A stretch of 64,000 nt of DNA, taken from NCBI GenBank assembly GCA_951406725.2, contig OX597830.1, positions 19,096,001 through 19,160,000 on the forward strand, read 5' to 3'. A model generated the notes under the pieces. That model was not told where the DNA came from. It searched no databases and worked only from the letters and a program-made list of their open reading frames with translations. This document shows positions 13,560 through 27,935 of this stretch, piece by piece. Each line of letters starts with the position of its first letter. Positions within the stretch are counted from its first letter, which is position 1. Position numbers and translations under genes: made by a program. Source of the stretch: Octopus vulgaris. Taxonomy: Eukaryota.

Positions 13560-14040
13560 TCCAACGTATGACTAAGCAGTGATTGCCATTGTTAACTTTG
13601 CTATTTCAGTGAGGCATTGAAAACTGATCCGATATTGACTTGATGCTAATCCCAAAGTCAGGAAACCTCAACAATGAAACTAACTACATAGGAATTTCAC
13701 TGTCCAACATCTCGCCCAAAGTCATCAACCGGATGATCCTCACCAGGCACTTGATAACCATCTGAGACCAAATCAAAATGGATTTAGACCTCAACATCTC
13801 AGATGTTAGCCCTGATGTGTATCATAGGAGTTGAATCGAAACAGCTACCTGTCATTATAAGCTTCATGGATTTCAGGGAAGCATTTGATAGCATTCATCA
13901 TTACAAAATGTTGAAGATTCTTTTGAGCATGTGACAATCCAGAAGAACTATTTCTTGCCTTTGCAAAGACCTACGAGAAGACCAGAGCACGTGTGTTGTC
14001 ATCTGATGGAGAAATAGGATTGTTTCAGAATATATGTTGG
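13560..14040 (+). pseudogene. RTE-like LINE reverse transcriptase remnant
   Basis: Fragments PKSGNL..NYIGISL, LRPNQNGFRP and FMDFREAFDSIH, with frameshifts. Confidence 0.7.
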
Positions 14041-14629
14041 AATTTCTCCGTTTACGCGAGTGAACTTGGTACACAGAAATTCTATGGAAGCCTGTCAACA
14101 TGGAGAACAGAGCGAGCAACTCGGATCCCTCAATGCTCTACCAGAAGTTTGAGTATCGATGAAACAATTCTTCAATCATGAAGTCAAACAAGTTACTCAC
14201 TACATTCTCCTTGTTAATGTTTATATAAATTTTAGGGATAGGAACGGATTTTTAAATATGTCACCAATGAAACAATCCATCTCTTCATAAAGTAAATTCC
14301 AAGCTTAGAACCAAACTGGAATTCATTGTCATCATCATTTAATATCCATTTGCCATTCTGGTATGTTTGGGTGCTTGATAAGCTACGTTGGTTTGTTTAC
14401 ATCCTCATACCTTAGGGGCTTGGTAGAAAAGACTTATAGAATAAGTACCAGGCTTAGAAAGAAAAACATGCATAAGTACTGGGGCCAGTCTGTTAAATGA
14501 AAAAGGTACTGCCCCAGCATGGCCACAGTCAAATTACTGAAACAAATAAAAAATGAATGAAATATTTTGATACTAAACTTCAATAAGGATATTATATAAA
14601 ATAAAATTTCTTTTACAAATATAATGATT

Positions 14630-14850
14630 TATTCTTTTCTACTCAAGGCACAAAGCCCGAAATTTTGTTGGAGGGGGCCAGTTGATCAGATTAACCTCAG
14701 TACGCAGCTGGTACTTAATTTATTGACCCCGAAAGGATGAAAGGCAAAGTCGACCTTGGCAGAATTTGAACTCAGAATGTAAAGACAGATGAAATACTGC
14801 TAAGCATTTCGCCCGGCATGCTAACGTTTCTGCAAGCTCACCGCCTTAAT
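14630..14850 (-). mobile_element. SINE family A
   Basis: Reverse complement of the family A core. Confidence 0.75.
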
Positions 14851-16039
14851 ATAATGATTTATTACAAAAAAAATATGTTTGTTGTTGTTGTTGTGTAGCT
14901 TTGTGTTAGTTATTGTAATCGTGTATTTATTGCCTGATAAAGGAACAACAACATAACATTCTGTGAGAAGCTTACAACATATCAACAATTATAGAATTAA
15001 TCAAAGTATTCAGTATTATAGATCCCTTACAGCCAATTTCATCAATTAATTTTGCACTGGATATTAGCAAACTGAATGGTTATGTAATACTTGCGCTCTT
15101 CAGAGATGGCATGTATGGAAATGTCACATTTCCCACTTGCAGAATATTGTTTATGAAATGCCTTTTAGACTCCAAAAGACAAAAATTGCACTGATAATTT
15201 TAAAAGTCAATATTTGAAGAATTTTCTCATCGTTTTTTTATTGCTTTTTTTTTGTAAAAATTGTTTTTTTAAAAGATGTTTGTCCAAAAAGGGAAAACAC
15301 TTTTTCGGGTAAAAACACTAATTAGTTAGACATAGCATTTATCAGACATTTGATGCATGTGTATTCATAAAATAATTTTTCCTTTTAATCCGGTCATATT
15401 AGACATGTTAGTAAATGATGTTTAGTGTATTCCTTGCAGGATTCGTTTTTCTTTTACTGGAAAGTAGCAGGAAAAAAAATAATCCAGAAAGACATTTTAT
15501 TTTAAGTAGTTACTGTGTCGCTTTCATCACTTAAAACCATCAACAAATCTATGTTTGATAAGTTCTTCAATGAGGGTAGGTCAAAATTTGGATTTAAAAA
15601 ATCAATCAATATTTAATTTCGTTCATCAAGCATTATGTTTTTTTGCTCAACTTTTAAGGTTTTAATTAAATTAATCCTTTGGATCACGACATATCTGAGA
15701 TCACCCCTGATTTTATGACACAATCTTTCTGTACTAAAGTGAACTAAATTAAAATCTTCCATCAAGATTCCATGTTAGCTTTTGCTTCAACCAAAACAAT
15801 AATGACGAAGTTGTATTTGTTTTGCAAGATTCTTGATGTGAATTTGTGTGTTGAAACAAATTTTATTGTGTGTTGGGAGAGTAGTTACACCAATAATAAT
15901 AGCAATAATAATAACAAGGGCAGACCTTACAGACCTCAGAGTGAGAGAGGAAATCACCAAGTCACTGAAAAGGTGGTGACCACCAACGAAAGAACTTTGA
16001 CTAACAAACAGCCAATCAATTGTTCAACGAGCTCATTAA

Positions 16040-16260
16040 CTCTTTTGTATTTAAACCGGCTGTATCCGGCCAAAATATTGTTTCTGTTTTATGTTCAAAC
16101 TGGATAGATCCAACCTATCACACCTGCCCTACAATGTCATTCTAAAAATACATAATCGTATCATCGTAATTCCAAATCAATGAAATAAAACATGATTAAT
16201 TCAGAGAAATGTGAATAAATAAGCCTCACATTTAACAGAATAATCTGAATGCTAAAGGGT
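16040..16260. mobile_element. piggyBac-like MITE (same family as 6478-6696)
   Basis: Shared interior (ccctacaatgtcattctaaaa) and 3' gaatgctaaaggg. Confidence 0.7.
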
Positions 16261-16344
16261 GAAACAAAAGCTTGATTAGTTAGATGGTTACATATTTAAC
16301 CAAATGACTAACAAGAAAGAAGCAGAATTGACCCAGTGTATGTG

Positions 16345-16550
16345 TTTGGCAGAAATGTTAGCATGCTGGGCGAAATGCGTAGCCGTGTTTCGTCTGCCGT
16401 TACGTTTTGAGTTCAAATTCCGCCGAGGTCGACTTTGCCTTTCATTCCTTTGGGGTCGATAAATTAAGTACCAGTTATGCACTGGGGTCGATATCTGTCC
16501 TTGTTTGTCCCCTCTGTGTTTAGCCCCTTGTGGGTAGTAGAGAAATAAAT
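16345..16550 (+). mobile_element. SINE family A
   Basis: Family A core. Confidence 0.75.
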
Positions 16551-17211
16551 TATGATTGGCATAACAACCCTTCCAAGATACAACAAAATGAAAAAAGTTA
16601 TTTTAGTTAAAAGCTTTCAATATTTTCAAAAATAACCAAACCAAAGACAATATATTTCAATAGAAATATGGTAAGAAAAGAATTGGTGAAGATTTGATCT
16701 GATGTCTTTCCTTTTTTTTTATGAGCAAAATAAGTTTGTTTTTCTTTTCACAGTTTTTGTCATAAGAAAGTGTTTGCCTTTATAAGCTTTGCAAGTCCTC
16801 AATGACCAGTGAACTCAATATGAATGCTCTTATCATTCGTATAGTTGTAAGTTCATGTGCTGAGAATGAAATCCCAATGAGTTGATATTCGAGCAAGGAA
16901 AAATGTATGAGTATAGATGATAGGGTGAAGTGTTAATATTAGTTAATGAAATTATGCCATGTTTCAAGTTGTTCAGAAGATTCTTTCACTGAAAAATATT
17001 GTTCATTCAATTTTACTGCAGAACAAGTATATCGTTATGTTTAGGCTTTTTTGCCTCATTTTTTCCCTCCACTTTTCAGTTGAAAATAAACCATAGCTGC
17101 TCAACATTTTACACTCAGGCTAAAGAATCCAACGTTGAGATTTGGTTCAGTATATAATATCTCCAAGAAAATTCCAGTAAAAAGATTAAACACACGCACA
17201 CAAACACTCAC

Positions 17212-17262
<51 letters not shown>

Positions 17263-17433
17263 TTCTCTCTCACACACACACACACACAGAGTTATCCAGA
17301 GAAATTCGTTTCATTTTCATATTGTTGAGTATTTGCTTTTTCTTTTTCCTTTTTTTTTCTTCCTGAAACTTTCATGGAACTAAAATTTCATTCTAAATGG
17401 CAGAATATTTGTTTTTACCAATTTTGATGTTTA

Positions 17434-17519
17434 TCACTTGTTGCTTTGGGAATGCTCTAGTGCAACATATTTTGATGGAGCAACACATGCAAACTTTTGA
17501 ATAAATTCAGTAAAGGCTT
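17434..17519 (-). CDS. SLC7A9: SLC7A9-like transporter, last coding exon (10 of 10 in window)
   Basis: atttcAG acceptor, phase 1. Reads (E)AFTEFIQKFACVAPSKYVALEHSQSNK, TGA then TAA. Confidence 0.8.
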
Positions 17520-17611
17520 CTGAAATATAGAAAAATAAGTACATAGGATGAGTATAAATGTACACTTGTATATATATTACACACACACACACACACATGC
17601 AGATTAAGTAA

Positions 17612-18220
17612 TACTCTATCTTTACACTTTTACTTGTTTCAGTCAGTTGACTGCGACCATGCTGGAGCACTGCCATTATAGTCAAGCAAATCGACCCCAA
17701 AGCTTATTCTTTGTAAGCCTAGTATTCTATCAGTCTGTTTTTCTGAACCCCTAAGTTACGGGGACGTAAACAAACCAGCATCTGTTGTCAAGAGACGCTG
17801 GGGTGGGGGGAGACAAACAGGCACACAAACATATACACACACACACATATACATATTTATATATATACATATATGACGGGCTTCTTCCAGTTTCCGCCTA
17901 CCAAATCCTCTCACAAGGCTCTGGTCGGCCTGAGGCTATAGTAGAAGTCACTTGCCCAAAGTGCCATGCAGTGAGACTGAACCCAGGATCATGTAGTTGG
18001 TAAGCAAGCTACTTACCACACAGCCACTCATTTCAAACAAGGCCAGCAATTTTAATTGATATCATCAACCCCAGCGTTTGATTGGTGCTTAATTTAGCAA
18101 CCTGAAGGCATGAAAGGCAAAGTCAACCATGATTGCATCTGGACTCAGAATGTAAAGCCAGAAGAGATAATGCTGAGCATTGTGCTTAGAATGGTAACGC
18201 TTCTGCCAGTTTGCTGCCTT
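17612..18220 (-). mobile_element. SINE family B followed by degenerate family A copy
   Basis: Family B body at 17612-18029; family A-like sequence at about 18030-18220. Confidence 0.7.
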
Positions 18221-19004
18221 CTCGGAGTTTCAACTATGAGAATAAATAATGAATATAAATGCTGGTATAGATTGAATGACATCATGCTGGTATAGATAGA
18301 GTGAGAGAGAGAGAGAAAGAGGGAGGGAGGAAGAAAGATGGATAGATATATGGATAAATAAATGGATAGATAGATAATATATATACATAAAAGTTAGTAT
18401 CATCATCATCATCATCATCATCATCCTTCAATGTCCATTTTTCATGCAGGCATGGGTTGGACAGTTTGACAGGAATCAAATAAGAAAAACACTCGTACCA
18501 GCTCCATGTAAAAATCACCCATTCTAGTGCCACATAAAAAGGAATTTCATAGTCAGTTTTGGTTGGTCTCTGCAGCTGGATGCTTTCTCTAATACTCCAC
18601 AGAGTGTACAGGGTGCTTTTTACGTATCACCAGCATCCACACCAATGCTTTTAACATGGCACCTATGGTTTTAGTATCTCATTTCTGTTGTGGTGGGTGT
18701 ATCTTCTCGAGTATAGTAATGCACCACATATCCCAGTCCTCTGTCACCTCCTTTGTGTCTATGTGTGTATACATGCACACATGTGTGTGTATTTGTTCCC
18801 ACGCTACTGCTTGATGTGTTTATGTCCATGTAACCTAGCAGTTTGGCAAAAGTGACTGATAGCGTAGACTCAAAAAAATTTCCTGGAGTTGATTCGTTCG
18901 ACTAATAATACTCTTCAAGGTGGTGGCCCAAGATGGCCACAGGCAAATGACAGAAAGATATAAAAGAATGAGAAAAGACAGGTAAAAAGAAAAGGCACAC
19001 TTAC

Positions 19005-19173
19005 CCATGCATGGCAACTGGACTTTGAAGTGGACAAAAATGAAATAGAAGATAGTTCCTCCAACCATTAAAAGAAAGGCGTAGAGAAAACCCAAATCGG
19101 GATTTTGTACAATTGGTGCTACCACCAGATATACGGAGATGATGAGCATTACAATTGGTACAAGGATGAAAAC
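19005..19173 (-). CDS. SLC7A9: SLC7A9-like exon 9 (169 bp; TM11-TM12)
   Basis: ttttaAG|GTTTTC ... ATGG|GTAAGT. VFILVPIVMLIISVYLVVAPIVQNPDLGFLYAFLLMVGGTIFYFIFVHFKVQLPCM. Confidence 0.92.
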
Positions 19174-20323
19174 CTTAAAAGGAGATAAAGGGGAAATTCT
19201 TAAAATTAATCTTGGTTTCATTGAAAGCAAAAGGGATTAGCAGCTGAAAAATTTGATGAGAATTGTAATGTTTTATCTTTTATCTTGCAATTGTTTTAAT
19301 CATTAGACTGTGGCCATGATGGGGCACTGCCTTAGAGAACTTTAGTTCAATGACGCAACCCCTGTGCTTATTTTCTTTAGCCTGGGCCTTATTCTATCAG
19401 TCACTTTTGCCAATGTTACATGGATGTAAGCACACCAACACTGGTTGTCAAGCGTATATCTTCGTGCCTCTGTTTGCCCCTCCCCTCCACCACTGCTTGA
19501 CAACTGGTGTTGGTGTTTCCATTCTCATAAGTTATCAGTTTGGAAAAAGAGATTCATAGAATGTGTATCAGGTTTCGAAAGCAAAATAAGTTCTAAGATC
19601 AATTCATTGGACTAAAAGTTCTTCAAGGCAGTGTTCTAGCATGGCCACGTCTAATAACAAAATCCATTACAGAAAAAACTAAATAAAAAGATGTCTAACA
19701 TGTATTCTGAAAATGCAATCTATAAACAGAAAAGCAACGACACACAGGGACACAGCTTGCTTACCGTTGCTCCATCGGTTATGATGGTGAGTGTTCCAGT
19801 TGATCCAATCAATGGAAGAGGCTGCACATGAAATTGCACGTGCAAGTGGATGAGTACTCCACAGACATGCGTACCCTTAACGTAGTTCTCAGAGAGATTC
19901 AGCATGACAAAGAATATGACAAGGTTGGCCCCTTTGAAATACAGGTATTACTTATTTCTTGCCAGCTGAGTGGACTGGAGCAATGTGAAATAAAGGGTTT
20001 TGCTCAAGGACACATAGCACTGCCGGGAATTGAACTTACAACCTTACGATTGTGAGCCAAATACCTTAACCACTAAACCACATTCCTTCACAGGGACACA
20101 ACATGATTTAACGATTAAGAAGTTTGCTTTGTAACCACGAGGCACAGATGTGGCTGTCTGGTTAAGAAACTTCTCAACAAACGTGGTTTCAGGTTCAATC
20201 CCACTGCATGGCATTCAAGGAACATATCTTCTACTGCCAATCCAGGATGACCAAATTCTTGTGAGTTTTACCAAATTCAATCAGAGACTGAAAGAAGCTC
20301 GTCATGTATGTATATATTTGTTT

Positions 20324-20637
20324 GTATGTATATATTTGTATGTGTGTATATATTTGTATGTGTGTATATATTTGTATGAATGTATATATTTGTATGTATG
20401 TTTATATTTGTATGTATGTATATATTTGTATGTATGTATATATTTGTATGTATGTATATATTTGTATGTATGTATTTGTATGTATGTATATATTTGTATG
20501 TATATATTTGTATGTATGTATATATTTGTATGTATGTATTTGTATGTATGTATATATCTGTATGTATGTATATATCTGTATGTATGTATTTGTATGTATG
20601 TATATATTTGTATGTATGTATATATTTGTATGTATGT
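20324..20637. repeat. 14/18-bp minisatellite (TATGTATGTATATATTTG)n
   Basis: Tandem units visible directly, inside a SINE B-like copy. Confidence 0.9.
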
Positions 20638-21094
20638 GGTCAGTTCTTTCTTTACTGATCAGCAGGTATTGTCTAAATGATGCAATGTGACATTCAAAGG
20701 CTGTTTTCACTGACCTTCTGCCTCTGCCACCATCACTTCATCTCACATAAGAGGGCAACGCCTGGCGGACAGGCGTGACAAAGGTCGATAGACACCAGCA
20801 GCCTGCTGCAACCAGCCTCATAACTTCCAGTAAATGTGTTGAGTGCCTTTCTTTCAGTTATCTACTCATTCGTGGGTATGTGTGTGAGTGTGTGTATATA
20901 TATATATATATATATAGTTCGATTTGAAAACCCCACTAGAATGGGAGAAAGCGCTAATATATGATATATGATATAAGTTATATGATGTATAAAAACATGT
21001 AATATACAAATAAATATCTGTAAATATAAAACCATTCGAATTTCTGAGTACCTCATTTCGTCTAATATAAAATACCTGTACATCATCTCCAAAC

Positions 21095-21172
<78 letters not shown>

Positions 21173-21711
21173 TGTATGTATGTATGTATGTATGGATGTA
21201 TGTATGTATGTGTGTATGTATGTATGTATGTATGTGTGTATGTATAGGAGAGTATTGTAGATCGCTTGAAGCATTGTGTATTGTTTGTAAAGAATAATAA
21301 GTTTTGAATGGTACAACATTCAAAGTACTGGTAGTCAGTACTTTTCTGGCTTTCATGTTCCAAATATTGGCACTAGCACTGGTACTACAAAAACATTATG
21401 AGATATGGTTTTGTTAAATGCACACAACTCTGAGTTCCATATTTCCCATAGTCTACAGAAGTACTCTTTTGTTATTCTGACTTTACTCACTGCACCAATG
21501 TATGTAAATACTCTCATCGATTTCATATGCATGTGTGTGTGTGTCTCCTCGTCTCGATAACATGATATTTGTAAATGAGCATCCCTGTCATCCAAGCAGT
21601 GTTATTTATTCCTAATGTTCCGTGGAAGCATATCTGCCCATAGGGAAATATTATCTTGCTTCAAAAACAGGTGAGGATTGGTAACAAGAAATATATCCAC
21701 GTGTGCATGTG

Positions 21712-21780
<69 letters not shown>

Positions 21781-21792
21781 TTGTCTACTTAC

Positions 21793-21942
21793 CTTGAAAG
21801 GTCTGGGCTCATCTTTCTTTGTAAACCTCATTACTATAAGCGATAAGAAAGCCAGTCCATAGAAAAGCCAGGCAGTAAAACTGAAGAAATCAATTAGTGA
21901 AGATATTTCTCCTGGTATTATCATGATCAAAGCAATTATTGC
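21793..21942 (-). CDS. SLC7A9: SLC7A9-like exon 8 (150 bp)
   Basis: tgcAG|GCA ... AAG|[56 protein letters not shown]. Confidence 0.95.
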
Positions 21943-22572
21943 CTGCAGATAAAGCAAAGAATTCAGTATTAGGACAGTTCTAGTACAATGGGATGTTATA
22001 ATTGTTTGGAACAGACATGGAAACAAAGGAGCTCCATCCATGACGAAGCTGTTCAATTTTGTTTCTTATATTTCTTTTACCAGTTAATATATTTTTTTCT
22101 GATATAGATTTTATTTAAAGGTCATTAGAGAGAGATTTGAGATTTGGAGGAGACATGAGGTTCCCTCATTGGTTCCAAAACAGGGCCTGGATATGGCATC
22201 ACAAATTTCAGAAAACAGAACTAAAACATGAAATACAATCATTCAATAAAACTGGGTAAGATAATTCACTAAACGCTTGCAATTTTGATAGATTTGCATG
22301 TTTGGGGAGCAAAAAGTGTACAGTATGTACATCATATGTTACACACATACACATTCTCTCTCTCCCACTCTTTATATAATCAGTCGTTCATATATCTGAA
22401 AATGAAGCACATTCTAAAGCATTATAGCAGAAATATATTTTGTAAGAAGTTAAATGTTACGGGGCTGGTCATACAGTGACCATTGGTTTCGTACCTATAA
22501 AGTGCTTAGCAGCATAGGTGACTCTGATGTATCGCCACTATGACCACCCATAACACTTCTTTATACATACAT

Positions 22573-22675
22573 AAGACTTTTTCTATTTCTATTCCTGAGC
22601 GCTATACTAATACATTTGTTTGTTTATACTCCACCTGCCTTCGTCTTTTGTTTATTTTCGTAAACTTTCCCTTTA
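22573..22675 (+). mobile_element. Penelope terminal-repeat fragment
   Basis: Nearly identical to 52052-52150 at the end of the PLE at 49900-52150. Confidence 0.7.
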
Positions 22676-22683
22676 TATATATA

Positions 22684-23122
22684 TCTCTCTATATAAACGG
22701 CAGTTTGTCTGTCTGTGTGTCTGTGTGTCTGTCAGGTTGTACCCTCACCCTGACCACGGCTTTCAACCGATTCTGATAAAACTTGACACACACATAGCCT
22801 AATGTCATAATTCAAAACTAACGCAGCGAAAATTTTGAAAAGTTCCCCTAGTTCTGAAAAAAAATCGATAAATTCGACATGGGGTCGAGAATCTAAGCTT
22901 TTTATATGCAACACATTTTCTGTCTAGGGGACACAACTCGACCTTTATATCGACCAAAGGGACAGCAAGGAACATCGTATACACAGAAGTATTCGAGTGA
23001 AGAGAAGACATTGCAACCTACACATGCGCCTTCGTTCCCTAGAGGGAAAGGACTAGATTTGGATTAGTCGTTGCCTACTAGGGGCTCTTACATACCCGGG
23101 CAACGCCGGGCTATGCTGCTAG
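22684..23122 (+). mobile_element. Non-autonomous Helitron
   Basis: 5' A|TC start, 3' hairpin CCCGGGCAACGCCGGG, then CTAG|T terminus at 23119-23122. Confidence 0.75.
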
Positions 23123-23153
<31 letters not shown>

Positions 23154-23679
23154 TTCTGATAGTCGTCCCTTGCCATGGTGGGTGCCTTTCTTACGTTTGT
23201 CTACTCACTCCGTGCACTGGTACCTCACAGGTGAGATCCCGTGCAAACAGTTGTGGTGCATCATAGGTACATATGTGTCACCTCATATAACTTGTCACAA
23301 GGTATATAATTCTTTATTTGCTGTTTCACTTATTTACATATCAATCCATTTTAGAAGTTGTCGTGTGCTGCACATTTATACAAGGAACTGTGAAGGGGCT
23401 TTGAGGCTTTGAACAGCACACTACAAGGTGTGTACCTGAATGGTAAATCATTACTTATATATATTGATATTTAGCAGAGGGAACAGAATGACTCAGGGAC
23501 CAAGAGATTCATGTGTTGGCACTTATCAGCCACAAAACTTTCGGCACTTGAGTCACTCTGTTGCTTCTGCTAAATATTAATAAAAATACACATATACCTA
23601 TATTTTGAGTTCTATTTTCCTTGTTTCCATCGCCATACCTTTGTATATATAAGGTGCAATGGTTTATTCAAGACCTGAC

Positions 23680-24270
23680 CAGAACCATTCAGCTTATTTA
23701 CATTCAGCTTTCAAGCCTCACAGCAGAGCTTGGCTCAATGCGGTGCCATCACTTGCAACTGGCACTCAGCTTGATAGTGACTACCAGTGCATTGGCATTT
23801 CCTTGAGGCTTGGTCTCCAGATCTGAGAGCCTCATGGATGCTACTTCGGATCCACAGTGGATTCTTTCAGCCTCACTCCACTGTCCTGCCGTCATAGTGC
23901 TGACCACCTTTCTATGCCACCCTTAACAAGATCATAAATCAGGGCCAGATGCCACAGGCTTCCCTTTCCAGCTCGAGTCTGCCGGGCAAGACTGAGGGGA
24001 TGGTAAAAGGCTGGATGGTATGACAATTTTCCCGTTTCGTGTTGGTAGGTCCCTCATCTGGGATGCCACAAGCTGTGACACCTTCCCCTGTGTTGTCAGC
24101 TCTCAGCCCAGGCTCTGTTGCTCGTCAAGCTAAGAAAAACAAACTGTCAAAATATAGGTCACTCTCCGACAGGTTTTATGATCGAGCCTGTGATAGTTGA
24201 GACCGCTGGTGTTCTTGGTCAGGACAATCCATCCTTCAAAAACACTATGCTTCCTGAAATTTGTGAACAC
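23680..24270 (+). pseudogene. CRE-like non-LTR retrotransposon restriction-like endonuclease remnant
   Basis: Translation [30 protein letters not shown] matches the RPDG-x-T...WD-x-T-xx-DT motif of CRE-type elements. Confidence 0.65.
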
Positions 24271-24286
24271 TACTCTTGAAATAAAA

Positions 24287-24317
<31 letters not shown>

Positions 24318-24342
24318 TGCATATATGCATACATATACGTAC

Positions 24343-24390
<48 letters not shown>

Positions 24391-25619
24391 ATGGGTATAG
24401 GACGTAAAAAAACGTAAACAACATGAAATACGCAGACGAACTTGGCTATGTGAACAACGAGAGGAAGAAATGGAAAACAAGACAAGTAACATAAATAACA
24501 ACCCTTCATCAGTTGTTGGCTGTCCATCAACTCCTCATTTCGAGCAATTAACAACAATATGAGGCTTCGAAAGGCAGTTGCTCCCGTGAACCAAAATAAA
24601 ATTTGGGATTTGTGGAGGGTCAGAGTTGGTAACAAAAACAGGACAGTGGAGACATACAACAAGCCAAACTTCGTAAACAACGGAAGATATATCACAGTCC
24701 TGTCAAAGAGGTAATTGAGATTTGTCTTTACATGTGTATCCAGTGTAGGTTTGAGTCATCTGTTACTTATTGATATACGACTTGGCATTAACAGGACATA
24801 AAAAAGGAACATTTATTGTGTGTCTGTTAAAGATTTTACTGTGTCTATGGGTTCTAGTGGTTAGGGTGTCAAGCATCATGATCGTAAGATTGTGGTTTCG
24901 ATTCCTGGACTGGGCGACGCGTTGTGTTCTTGAGCAAAACACTTCATTTCACGTTGCTCCAGTCCACTCAGCTGGAAAAATGAGTAACGCTGCGATGGAA
25001 TGGTGTTCCGTCCAACTGGAGAACACATACGCCATTGAAACGAGGCCCATGAGCCCGGCTAGGCTTTAAAAGGGCACATTTATTATTTATTTTGGGTGCT
25101 AGGAAAGTGGATATCTACTAAGTGCAAGAGTCTTCTACCTATGTTTATCTTTCGAATTTTATATACCGTGATAAGAGGGATTCAATAACCCTTTCGGTTT
25201 TAATCTGGAAACTTTAAGACGAAGGGACCAATTTCGATATCGAGAGACAAATCCTCTCTAAATCCAAACCCTATATTAACGGGGTCTAAAAAACCTTCTG
25301 TGTGTTCTATTGAAAAATTGTATCTATTGAAAAACATGAGAACTTCCAACTGAATACATAAATTCAAGGAACGAGATTTTTCTGGTATGCCCGTATTTCA
25401 AAAAATACATCTTGTTGGAATTTTAAGGTAGTCCATCGGACACATAATAAACTATTGACAACCAGTTTACGTCTGTTTGACATTGAATTAGTGTAACGTT
25501 GGTTATCTTTCTTGTCTTCTTTACAATTGTCTCTCGTTAAATTGTTTTTTACTCAAACTGACAAACGGTCGTTTTTTTCTTATTAATAAGTAATGGAATG
25601 AATTCATCATCATTATCCT

Positions 25620-26020
25620 CACATCATCATCATCATCATCATCATCGTTTAACGTTCGTTTTCCATGCTAGCACGGGTTGAACGGTTCGACCGGGGTCTA
25701 GGAACACAGGAGGCTGCACCAGGCTCCAGTCTGATCTGGCAGTGTTTCTACAGCTGGATGCCCTTCCTAACGCCAACCACTCCGTGAGTGTAGTGGGTGC
25801 TTTTTACGTGCCACCAGCACAGGGGCCAGGGTAGGCTAGCAAACGGCCACGATCGGCTGGTGCTTTTTATGTATCACCGACATGGACGCCAATCAGGCAG
25901 CGCTGGCATCAGCCACGTTCGCATGGTGCTATTTGCGTTCCACCGGCACGGGTATCATAACTACAATTTCCATTTGATTTTTATTTTGATGCTGATGTTG
26001 ACGTACTTGACTCAATAGGT
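25620..26020 (-). mobile_element. RTE-tail-related repeat (family E)
   Basis: (ATC)n gtttaacgttcgttttccatgctagcacgggttg... ctacagctggatgcccttcctaacgccaaccac. The same family forms the 55931-56228 foldback. Confidence 0.65.
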
Positions 26021-26224
26021 CTCATTATTGATAAATTATTATTTCGCCCTGGGTAGCTGTAATTACAAGATTTGTGGGGATATTTTTTTAAAGATTATCT
26101 TTAATCACTTCACTGATCAAGTGTTTTTCTACATGTTAAAGCTTTACCATACGCATGCATACATACACACATACATTGTAAACAAACTTATAAGCCCCAA
26201 GTGTGTTGATATTCTATAGAATAT

Positions 26225-26390
26225 AAAGGAATTTGTGAATGCAGGAAGATTGTGAAGACAGCTTAGAAAATTGGATCAACACCTTTACAAGGCAGCAAAT
26301 ACCAATTGGAGCCTTGCTGGTCACTTCTAAGGGCATTTACCTGATTTTCTAAGCTGTGTTCTCAGCCTTCCAGCGCCCAGGAATTTCTTT
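26225..26390. mobile_element. Degenerate hairpin/MITE
   Basis: About 50-bp imperfect inverted arms (..ggaagattgtgaagacagcttagaaaattgg / cctgattttctaagctgtgttctcagccttcc..). Confidence 0.55.
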
Positions 26391-26566
26391 ATTTTCACTA
26401 CCCTCTTTCTCTCTCTCGCTATATATATATATATATTGTACATACATTTAGTCACTCACTCACACGCATATGTATGCATGTATATATGTATGTATATACA
26501 CACATAATTTAACAACACAATAGAATGAACATCTGAGAATACAGAGGTATCATATACTTGACTTAC

Positions 26567-26663
26567 TAAGAATATAAGGGAGATGACAGGAGTTTTCTTC
26601 CTGATGTGAAGATAGGAGAGAACCTGTGGGAGATGACCCTCTCTGGCTGCAGCGTAAGACAAT
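26567..26663 (-). CDS. SLC7A9: SLC7A9-like exon 7 (97 bp)
   Basis: ctttAG|ATTG ... TTA|GTAAGT. (R)LSYAAAREGHLPQVLSYLHIRKKTPVISLIFL. Confidence 0.95.
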
Positions 26664-26746
26664 CTAAAGATTACAAGATGAGACATTTATTGTAACAGTA
26701 AATACAGTAACAACAACACATACAATATCACAAATGTTTATATATA

Positions 26747-27312
26747 TTGGGTCGTCCGGAAAGTTTGTGCCGTTTTATAGTAGCTTACCTTTCGACTTAT
26801 TTTAGAACATGGTTGAGTTCATAAAATAGGATTTGACTACATCTCCATTTAGAGCACAGTTTAAGCTATCTTTTCGTGGAAGAAGGCTTATGTTCCTATA
26901 ACCTGTGTTAATTCTGTAACCCTTTAAGATGGAAGATAAGAAAGTTCATTTTTGGCACTCGATGCTTTGGGAACCAGACAAAATTTGCTGCCGCTCGGCT
27001 GGGATGTGTTACCCCACCTTCCATATTCACCAGATATTGCTCCTTCGGATTTTCACTTATTCAGGTCTCTGAAGAATAGTCTTAATGGTAAAAATTTCAA
27101 TTCCTTGGATGACGTAAAAAGATACCTCGATGAATTCTTTGACATGAACCCCCCTCAATTCTGGGAAGAGGGTATTTTCAAGTCAAAGGAAAGATGGAGA
27201 CGCATTGTACAACAAAATGGTTCGTATTTGGTTGATTAAAAATGTAATGGCAAGTATTTATTGACCTTTTTCTTTCCTTTAAAAATCAGCATGAACTTTC
27301 CGGACAACCCAA
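26747..27312 (+). mobile_element. Internally deleted mariner element
   Basis: TIRs TTGGGTCGTCCGGAAAGTTTGTGCCG / CAGCATGAACTTTCCGGACAACCCAA with TA TSDs. The N-terminal MEDKKVHF is joined to a C-terminus with HLPYSPDIAPSDFHLF (mariner YSPDLAPSD motif). Confidence 0.92.
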
Positions 27313-27318
27313 TATATA

Positions 27319-27357
<39 letters not shown>

Positions 27358-27876
27358 CGGAAGGGAGAACACTATAGATAAGTAAATTAAGTAACATAAC
27401 AAAACAAGTATTAAGGATTTCTCACAATAAAAATAACTAATATTGTTATTTTTGAATTAAGTGACTCTAAATAGTATATGTACAAATTTTATAATTCTTT
27501 GAGAATTAACAAAATAATATTGTTGTAATAATAATATAACGTATAAACTATACAATACTATAATATTTTGGTTATTAAATTTATTTATTAAGTGAAATAA
27601 AACTAATTATCTATTATAATTGTTATCGTTATTATAATTATCATCAATTAATTAATAAATGAAATGGAAGTATTAATACATTTATTTATTTAGTATAATG
27701 AAAACATCTTATTTGTGATATGTAATTAATATTAATTCTAATATAATGATGTATATAACAGTAACTACAAGTATACGAGAATAGCATTAAAAAGATCAAA
27801 TTCTGAATTAATCTGCCAACAATTTTCCAAATCCAGTAGAATAATATAGATTAAGATGATAAATCTTACAGATATA

Positions 27877-27935
<59 letters not shown>

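Noticed and set aside
14860-17433. 3' UTR end and poly(A) signal of the transporter
   Set aside because: There are several AATAAA candidates on the minus strand in AT-rich DNA, and I cannot choose one without transcript data.
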